A stretch of 64,000 bases of DNA from Sphagnum compactum (lineage: Eukaryota): NCBI GenBank assembly GCA_965153455.1, contig OZ234493.1:27084213-27148212 (forward strand). The letters run 5' to 3'. The first letter of the stretch is position 1, and each line of letters opens with the position of its first letter. A model generated the notes under the pieces. The model was not told the DNA's origin, did not search any database, and saw only the letters and a list, made by a program, of their open reading frames with translations. Position numbers and translations under genes: made by a program. Below are positions 54,021-64,000 of the stretch, piece after piece.

Positions 54021-57000
54021 TTAGGGTTTAGGGTCTCCTTTCTTATTTTTAAACATGCATGATCATTTTCACTTTGCTTTTGAGACATATGGAAAGATAA
54101 ACACCATAAGAGATGCCCTTGAAATTTTCAAAAATAGAAGAAGCATTAATATCTTCATTAAGTTTTGCACCTTACATGGGAGCCTTCCCAACACATCTGC
54201 GCATAGTAGTTTCAATTTTGCAAAAATTGCATCACGAATATTGTAATGTGCTAAGGTTATTAGGGATTTTTAACGATTTCAAGTTCGAATGGGCAGTGAT
54301 GGGTGCATAAAGTGATTGAGGGTTAAATGAGATGGAGGGTTAATTTTCTTTGACAAAAGTTTCTAATCATAATTTTAAAACTTCAATTACATAATTGAGG
54401 TGAAAGGTTTTTAAAAGGTTGGGATTGGAAGCGATTAATAAAATTCATAACATTTGATAAAATGTTGATATCATTTTACTATTTAAAGAATAATGGTGCA
54501 CGAAAACCTAAGCAATGATGATTTGAAAATCTTAAAACATTTAGGGGTGTGACAATGAAGGTGTTTAGTGAAAAATAGGTTAAAATAATCTTCAATCATT
54601 CTGAGCACGTGAAATTAATTTAAAACAATATAACAATTAAAATGAAATAAAGGCGCACTTTTCTAAATTCAAAATTTTATCACGAGGGTGTTGAAGTAAT
54701 GAAATATTTATGGACAATTCTTGGGGCGATTATTCGTTCACTTGTGAAGCTCGTGAGATGTGATCATATGTGATGCTATGAATTTTTTTTAAAAAAATTA
54801 ATTTAAATTAACTTGGCAATGAATGTGTAAAAAATATGGTACATCAAAACATGTGGGTGCAATTTATAGCTCAAGGGAAAAAAAAGAATAATGGGTCAAA
54901 GCATGGTTGAGGTACTCAAAAGGACTATTTCATTTTATATTTATTAAATGCATTCACTTAAACATATTATTCAAACTTAATGACACATTCACATGGAAAG
55001 TTATTTTTTATTGATAAATAGATACACTATAAAAATATTACTTTATGCATATAATGTCAAATTTGAATAAGTTTAAATATTTTTATTAAGTCCTTGAAAA
55101 AAATCCAATATTTTATTTCATGAAAAAATATTCAAAGATTCATAGGGAATGTCTAAATAAATTTTTTTGACCCAAGAGTTTTATCACAAACATCTAATGT
55201 GTTAATGTATATAAAATGTATGAATATGAGAAAAGCCAAATGCCTTGTTGTAATGTAAAAAGTCTTAAAATGTCAATTTTTTGAAAATGTTGGGCCACTG
55301 ATAAAACAACGCCCACAATGGATAAATTTTACTATTTTCATTTTCATAAATGAAAAAAATACTTTAAAGGTTTATATAAAATTTGGGAAAAAATTATTTC
55401 ATTGGACACGAGAAGAAATGGTGTAATGTAAAACATGTCATTGGAAAAATGAAAAAAAGAAGAATTTGGAAGTCTTTGGAATGAGTCTTTAAAGTTCAAA
55501 TGAGGTACCACAATCATGTTTGAACAGTAATGCAAAATAACTTTTTTAAAATCATAATAAAACTAAACCGTAAAATCAATGGCAATAGGGTTCAAGGAAA
55601 ATCTTTTGGGGCTGAAAGTGAAAGGAAGTGCAAATGATACCTTTTATTTTCTTTCTCATTTTAAAGGTCACAAAATAAAAATGTTTTTCCATTGGCCAAC
55701 AAGTTTGGAACCTTTTGTTAGTCACCAAGATTAGATTTATTCAAGAACCATCAACCTTGGATCATTTCATTGATCACCAACTTTAGGTTTTTCTTTGTTG
55801 CCCTCCCTTTTTTTCTTTTTAAAGACACATTTTGATAATTTGTCTATTTATTTTAGAACGTGATTTCTAATTTGAACTTTTAAGAACTTATTCATATAAT
55901 TTTCCTTCGAAAAAAAAATTTAATTAGTTGTAATAGATGGTGAAAATAAAATAAATATAAATATTATATATATATCAAATCATAATCGAATCATAATAAT
56001 ACCTTTGAAATGATGAAAATGAATAAGAATGGGTTTCTAGTTTAAAATCTTGAAAACATTTTATAGAACCCTCTTCGATTATGTAACATAATTTTTTTTT
56101 AATTTAAGTGCATAATTTGCGATTTGATGAATGAATGCATTTTATAGTTAATTTTTCAATGAAGTAATGTAAGTTAAATCTGAATAAAGTGTGTGATGAA
56201 TATAATGATTTAATTGACTGGAAGTCTACTATCCATGTGAGCATTTGTAACATAACATTTTTTTAATATAATTTAAAACCTTGAAATTTGGTGAGTAGAT
56301 GCGCCCTTTAGTTCATTTTTCAATAATTAATGTAAACTATATTTGGATATATAGTATGTGATGGCAACAATGTTTTAAGTGAAAAAAAATTCCAAAAAAA
56401 TATTCAAGTATGTGAAATTGTTTAATTCATCATGGTTAAATGTTTATATAAATAAAAGAAGTTGATCAATGTGAAGTCAATTGTTATGAAAACAAATTAT
56501 ATATGATGCATACGAAAGAAACTATTTGTATTCAATTACAAACGTAACTTAATGTCTAGATTTGTATTCGTGCATTTTTTCTTCATTTATCGCATATGTA
56601 CCTTTGACTATATATATCATTTCATAAAACCGAGAATAAAGGACAAAAAGTTGTTTCACATTACATAATTGAAAAAAAATCGAATTAATATTTAATAACA
56701 AATGATTTTAATAATAATACATTGGCATATTATGTAATACATTGATATGTAAAATATGATATACATTCATTCATATAATCTAATTCAAACTACATGATGC
56801 ACTAACATATTAAATTTGATGTTTATATTAAAAAATTTATACATATATAATTTTATGTAATTTGCACAATAATCTAACAAAGTGGGAGACATTTGATACA
56901 TTTGTAAATCTTGTGTGTTTTTTAAAAAATTTCATCTCATTGTTTTCAAATTTTCATTTGATGATTCATGTATTGATACATATAATTTGATATGTACTAC

Positions 57001-57090
57001 ATGATATATTAATATATAGTATATTTGATGTGTACATGATACATTGATAAAAATGTTTTGGTGTATTAATATATATGTAGTTTGTTAATA

Positions 57091-57327
57091 CTAGTGTGAA
57101 CCCGGTGCATAATGCACCTGTCGAGCTCCCCCCGCCCGGTCTTTCTCATTGCTCACTTCGGTTCTTTACCCCGTCGACCCCCCCCGTTGTTCGCATTTTT
57201 CACTCTGATTGTTTAACCCGTTGATCCCCCCCCCGCCCCGTCACCTGTCACCCGCTGCTTCACCGACCTCTCCCTCCCCCACCCCCAAAACCCCCATCAT
57301 AGACAGACAGACTGTCTGATATGATGA
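57091..57327 (-). mobile_element. Short non-autonomous Helitron
   Basis: Minus strand: A|TC... 5' end, subterminal hairpin GGTGCATTATGCACC ending 9 nt before a CTAG|T 3' end, no TSD. It forms a GC-rich island in AT-rich DNA and has an internal (AGAC)n run. Confidence 0.75.
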
Positions 57328-60300
57328 TTTAAACAATAATAATAGAAAGCAAAAAAACTCTCACATCTTTTGTGTGCATCTTATTAATTTTTTGTTTCAT
57401 AGTTTTCATTTTTTAATTTACCTTTTGAAACATATAATTTGATATATTAATATATTGATTTTTATACGTTAAAATATATTTGATGTGTTCATACCTAAAA
57501 TATGTTACATTGATATATATGTAGTTAATAAAACAAAGTGAAAATATGTCACATCTTCTTTTTTGTTGACGGATCATATATTAGATTTATAACATTTTTT
57601 AAATTTGAAGGTTTTTAAAAAAAAAATTCAAATGTTTTTTAAACACAAAAATATTTTTATCACTTAATTTACATAATTTGTATTTTTTTCTTAGTTGGAT
57701 AGGTTTTTTTGATCTGAATTTTAACTTTCTCATATGATAATTCAATTTTTTCAATATTAAAAAAATATTGAAATCAATAAATAATACATTAAAATACATT
57801 AAAACATAGATTAATGTATAACTTAAAACATTAATAAAATCCACCATGGTATGGTGGATAAATAATTTAAATAAAATATTCTATTTTTATAAAATAAATG
57901 AAAACATAATTAAAATATGAAATGTTTGTGAGCAATATATATAGTGTTTATATAAAGGATTCCTATGTTAATTCGCATCAAATTTTAAGCTTTGATTTAT
58001 AGATAAAAAATTAGTCATTTTTAATTTGATTACATTTTTAATTTAAGATTTTTCATTGATAAAGTATGTTTCGACTTACTAGATCCCAAAAAAAAAGTCA
58101 TTGTTTGAAAAATTTATAAGACGACAAAGAACTATTTTGAAAATTTGAATAAAACTCTCGAATAACAACCTATTTGTTCACACACCTTGGACCATTTTCA
58201 ATAACACTTAATTTTTTTTTATACGAAAATTTATGACAATGTTTTTTGGATAAAATGATTTAAATGAATAGACCTTCACATTGATCTATTATCAATGACA
58301 CTCAAAACCTTTAAACATAAGAAATATGTAATAATTTCATACATAAAATTTGGATTTTAAAATATATGTTTGGATTCTACATAATTGTATGTTGTGTTGA
58401 ATTTTTATCTAAACATTTTTGTTTTAATATAGTCATCAAATTTGTTACATGTACCCATGATTATTCATATTTTTAGTTCAATAAAAAATTTGAATTTCGA
58501 TAAACTTATTAGATTTTTGGTTTGCCCTTTCACAAAATTGACCATAATATTCATTATCAAAGGTTTGTTCATACTCTGACTACAACAAAAATCCAATGAC
58601 AAATAACAAAATCATATTTTTTTCACATTATTTGAGCTTTTATCATAAATAAAAAATTCTATAATGCACCATTAATTTTAATATGTGGAGAAAAATAATG
58701 ATATTTTTGGTGGATAATTAGATTTAAAAGTGAGTGTTTAAATATGATTGAATGATAGATCGATTCAACTTTACCGATGATAATATATTTATTCAACTCT
58801 AACAGTGACAAATGTATTTATTCGTATGTTGTATTCCATGTCAAAAATGTTAGATTTGGGAGATTTTCAAAAGATGTTTCACATCATATTTTGACATTTC
58901 AAAATGAAGTAACTTCGAATTTCATTAATAATTTTTTATGAAATAAACATACACATGAAAACCTTTTGAAATATGTATACTAATAATAAAAATCCATTTA
59001 CAAACCAAATTCAACACATAGTGTTTGCTTTCAAATTCATTTAAAAAAACAAATTAGTCGAAATGGTATCAAATTTGTTGGGTCTCATCATCTATAGATA
59101 GAAATCAATAAAATTAAAGAAAAATGAAATTTTCGTACTTTTAGGAACTTTGTTAAAATATGATTACTATATGTGAAATGTTTATTTTTATACTTATTTT
59201 TAAGAATATTTTACAACACCAAGAGTGATTAGTTTATGTTCACATTTAGTTTATTAAACATCAAATATATGTTTATTAAAACAAATATTCATGACATGTC
59301 ATATTACATTTAAAAGGAAATGAATTTCACTCTCAAATAAGAGTATGTGATGTTCATATGGTCTTCAAATCTTTCACCTTTCGAATTTCAAAAGTGAATT
59401 AATTAAATCAATTTTATTATTCAATTTTATTAACATTTTCAACTTAAATTAGTTTCAAAACATTATGCAACAAATTTAAAAAATCATATTGTAATTTTTG
59501 AATACAAGTGAAAAACATCTTTTATTAATTTTATAGCAATACCCTTGTTATGTATGAATTTATAATAAAATGATTATCTTAATGTCTTATTCAATTTTGT
59601 CTGCAAAGTTTTGTTTAGTTTCACACATTTTCTCATCATATCATTCAATCAAATCATGTGTGAAAAGGGTTTTGTTTAAAGTATTATTTGAATTTTTTAA
59701 AGGTTGAATTATTATTATTTTTTCTTATTAAGAGGCAATAAATTGTAAATTTTTTTTCAATATAAATTTGTACGAAGAAAAAATGTTTTCATGTTCAAAT
59801 CCTATTGTAATGATCTAGAGTAGTATCATTTATTCTTATGAAATGGACTCACTTCAAAACACGATACAAATTATTTTCAAAAAGACCCATGTTTTCATCC
59901 CTTCACACTTTTTTAATTATGATAGATTGTTCGTTAAAATGATTTCATTTGTTTTAATCAAATTCAATGGTGATATATTTTTTGAACTTTCATTATAGTC
60001 AAATTAAAGGATTGAATAAAAAATATGATGGCTATGAAAATAATGGTGAATTTTGAAAAGGATTATTCACAAACTTCATTGTAATTTGTTTTTCAAAATT
60101 TATGATTAAATTCCTTCTCTTGTTCATCACATGTTCACATTTGATCATTGCATGAATATTTATGACCAAATATTGACATTTTAAATTAAAAAAAAACTTA
60201 TTCTTTTGATAGCCTTGCCATACTTTCATAATTTAAAATTTTATTGTATTCATAAAAACTTTTTTTTTTCCAAATGCAAAATCAAAATTCTTATCATCAA

Positions 60301-63166
60301 ATGTGAGAACAAATAAATAAGAAAAAAGAAGATGATGAAGGACATTAATTAATATATGTGCATTTAAAATGTGAACAATCTCTTTTCATTTTTTAATCCT
60401 ATAGTTTTAATCATTTTTCTTATAAGAACAAAAACATTATAACAAAACATTTACAATATTGATAAGATAATCAGTCAATAACATGTGAAATTCAATAAAT
60501 TCATTTTGATGAATAATTTAAATGACATGAATCACATGAACATAAAAAAACTATCAAACATAATATAGAATCATATTTTCACTTTATAACCTTTCAAAAA
60601 AATTAGTTATTTACCATCTTTTAATAGGTTTATGTTTATTGTAAATTATATAATGCAAATTTAGTTTTCACCTTGGATAAGTTGAATTTTTAACTTTAAT
60701 ATGTTTGTTTCAAAAAGTAATAATCCAAAGATGAAACGTACACAAGGAGCTCATAATAAATTTCAATAAAAATTAAATTTCAATATATCAATCCTAACAA
60801 ACTTTCTTCAAAACATTTTAGAATGTAGAGGTTTTTTTATAATGTTTTCAATTACAATAACAACCTCTTAACAATTTTATTTTTATAATTACAATAATTT
60901 TTTAATTTGCAAGTACAATTGTTAAAAAAATCCCCAAAACAGTCTGCGATCAAAATATCTCCCACAAGGTTTTAATCATAATGACAACCTTAGTAATGTT
61001 CTTTAAAAAATTATAATAAATGTCAATTGTCAAGGACAATCATTAAAAAAAAATCAAAAGATTACTTTTGGGCTTAATGTCAATCATAATAAACATTTCA
61101 CAAAATATTCTGAAATCAATAGTACAATCACAATGTTTTTAATCACAAATGATAATCTTTTGACAATGTTGTTTTTGCAATTATAATAAAATGTTAAATT
61201 TCAAATAAAGTTTGAAAAAAATCACCTAAAAAATGCCAATTCAAACATACTAGTTTTAATAAATATTCCCCAAAACATTGCATTCGAGCTTAATGCTAAT
61301 TCAAATGCATTAGTTTTCATGAACATTCCCAAAAGATTTTGGAATCAAAAGACTAAGTACAAAGTTTATAATGCAATGACTGCTTCAAAAATGTTGTTAT
61401 TGTAATTACAACAAGATGTCAATTTAAGTCCCAAATATCCTTCCCCACAACATTTCATTCAAAGTTTGTTTGTCAATGTGACAACAAAATGAACGTTTTG
61501 CCCACGTGACAACAAAATTGACAATTTAAGATTAATCAAATTTTACAAATAGAAGTTTTTCAACTTTCACCAAAGAAAAACAAAGATGTGGCGAATGAAA
61601 AGTCAAATTTAAAAATTTAAAAAATAATAAAAAATTATTATTAAAAATTTAAATTTTTAAAAAAAACATGGCTTCATGATTAAGCTGTTGAGAGTTCAAA
61701 TAGTTGCATTCAAGTGCGGCTACTTGTAAACAACCTATAGCCACAATCAACCGAAAGAGGCAAAAGGTGGTTGTGAAAGTCAACATTGCAATCTTCACCA
61801 AGTCACTCCTTAACACATGGATATAATTGTTATTAACTTGATCACACCTATTCATCATAGACATATGGACGAAGCCACAAGATAAGGTGGGGTAGCAAAC
61901 ACACACCTCCTTAATGTTGTGAAGGGGAAAGAGAAACAAAGAAAAGGTGACATTACAACGTACCTCCTTGTGTTCTCAACCAAGGGCGGCGGTACAACTA
62001 CAATGTTGCACCTCTTGTTCATTATGTCTTTTTACTCAAAGAAATAGTTAAGAAACAAAAAAGGAAGGAGATAGACAAAGGTGGCCTTGCTAAAGTAAAA
62101 GAAATAACCAAGAAACAAAGAACAAAGAAGGAGATAAATAGGAGGTGATACGGAGAGGTGAAGAAAATGATAGAACAAAGTAAAGACATAAAAAGGGATA
62201 GATATGTTCCTACCCTAAACCATAAATTGGATCATGCCAACCAATTTTAACTTTTAAAAATTTGATAACAAAATTAGTTTATTATCAAACAAAACAAAAC
62301 AAACACAAATTCCAACAGAAACCCATTTTCTTTCTTGAAAATAGAGAAGTTTTGCCCCAACAATCCAATCTCAACACTTTTTTTTATGGTTACATGTAGC
62401 TAAAAAGCTATATAAAAATCAATGATTCCAAAATAATGTGATTTAAAAAAAATTCAATAGCCATAATTACTCCGAATTTAAAACCACTTTCATACTTTAA
62501 TGGTTCAAGCAAGTAGCCAAAAATATAAAAGGACATATCTCAAAAACTTTAACTTACTATCATATTTAATTTGTAATCAAATTTGAGAAATTTTTATTAT
62601 GTATCATCCTTCACTTGGGTTCCATCACAAATTTCACAAAGAAAACATAGTAAAACCCAACCCAACATCATTTCCCACATTAATAACATATTGCAAGACA
62701 CTAATGAAACTGTTAGGTCACAATACACCAAAACTCATGATACAATCCTCAGTGCAGGTTGTTGTAGTAAAGAATCCTCAACCCTATGAATAGTTGAAGT
62801 AAAGAAATCATATTTACCCAGTCCCAACCTTTTCAAGAATTTTAGTGCAAGTCCTCGTAAGCACTTGTCATCAAAACTTGAACAATCATTTTATGCTTGG
62901 GCCACATAAAACGAGTGCTAGGTTTCACGGCCATAAGGTGAAGTATCTAGCCTAATCCAGAAGAGAAAGAAACGCAGCACATCTTGGTGAACAAAAACAA
63001 GGTAAATCTAACATTCAGCTTTGAGTCTCTGTATGACAAATATTGAATCAAAGGGTAAACAGAAAAACACTGAATTGAACATCTCATTCACAGTACAGAG
63101 ATATATGCTATCAGATCTGACAACACGGGAGGCTTTGGTCGTCAAACCTATCTTACAAAAAAGGGC

Positions 63167-63521
63167 ACCAGTATTGGGTAGGTAAACAGGTTAGAACCCT
63201 GATACTAGCCCTGGTATCATCAAACCAGGCCCACCTGTTATGACCTGAAGCGATACCAGCCACCTACCACTACCTGCCGTGTTAGGGACTAGGAACCTGA
63301 CACAATATCAGGCTTCATACCAAGACTGTATCAGTCTCAATACCAGGCATATATAGCCTCATACCAGTGAAAAATCGGCCTTGGACACTAATACCAGGTC
63401 CCGGCTGGTATGCAAGCTTTAAAAGCAGATCCAATACCAGGCTAGTATGAATTTTTTTTCAAAAAATCCAAGACCAGTACCAGCTGATTCACTCAAAAGC
63501 CAACACCTGCCCAACACTGGT
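63167..63521. mobile_element. hAT-like non-autonomous element
   Basis: Imperfect TIRs ACCAGTATTGGGTAGGT and ACCTGCCCAACACTGGT, with many internal ATACCAG/CTGGTAT subterminal-like motifs. No clear 8-bp TSD. Confidence 0.55.
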
Positions 63522-63588
63522 TTGTACCTCCTGAAGAATGAAGGAAAATAACACTGCAACTAACAAAGGGGAAGAAAACCAGACTCAC

Positions 63589-63774
63589 TAAGCAGGCACT
63601 CCTTCCTGTCTTGGTAAAGAGAGCTTGGCACAGATGGAAAGAGGGGATATCCTTTGTTGAAGTATAAGCTGGAATCATTCAACGTGAGAATTTCACCTGT
63701 CTTTGTGCAGAACTGGGGATGGTTGAAGATGGATATCAGCATTGAAAGTAACTCTCCACAAAATCCCAAGAGAC
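63589..63774 (-). other. Possible exon of an unidentified gene extending beyond the window
   Basis: AG acceptor near 63775, GTGAGT donor near 63588 and one open frame (LLGFCGELLSMLISIFNHPQFCTK...). No family recognised. Confidence 0.25.
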
Positions 63775-64000
63775 TAATAAAGTAGTGAATAATGTGGGCT
63801 TTCTACTCAGGTGACAAAGATCTAGTTTGTGCAACGTTGGCCCGAGGTGATGGACTGCAAAAAAGTTCAATACAAAACACATGGTCAAAATTTGATAACT
63901 TGGTAAACACAGACAAGTTAAGGTTGCTGTTCATGCTAGCACCCATTCTGCCAGAACAAACATGCATGCCCATGAGGAGAGCAAAACAGAAACACTGGCA

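Overview
Eukaryotic land-plant nuclear DNA. Intron-rich genes, telo-boxes and very AT-rich spacers suggest a bryophyte, possibly Sphagnum-like; this is inference only. Six intact spliced housekeeping genes could be reconstructed exon by exon: CWF19L1/C3H64-like, a RabA (Rab11) GTPase, Elongin C, an AtPH1-like PH-domain protein, APC6/CDC16 and VPS34. There is also a probably pseudogenised folate-biopterin transporter and a decaying orphan Ser/Pro/Cys/Arg-rich reading frame. Spacers hold several non-autonomous elements (a Tourist-like MITE, a second TIR MITE, a short Helitron, a hAT-like element), tandem duplications and a long near-perfect hairpin. The most notable observation is a roughly 70-140 nt dispersed element seen five times, always sense to its host gene and intronic or probably intronic. 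It carries an RTGATGA-N10-CTGA core and hairpins with apparent compensatory changes. A clear U12-type AT-AC intron is present in CWF19L1.
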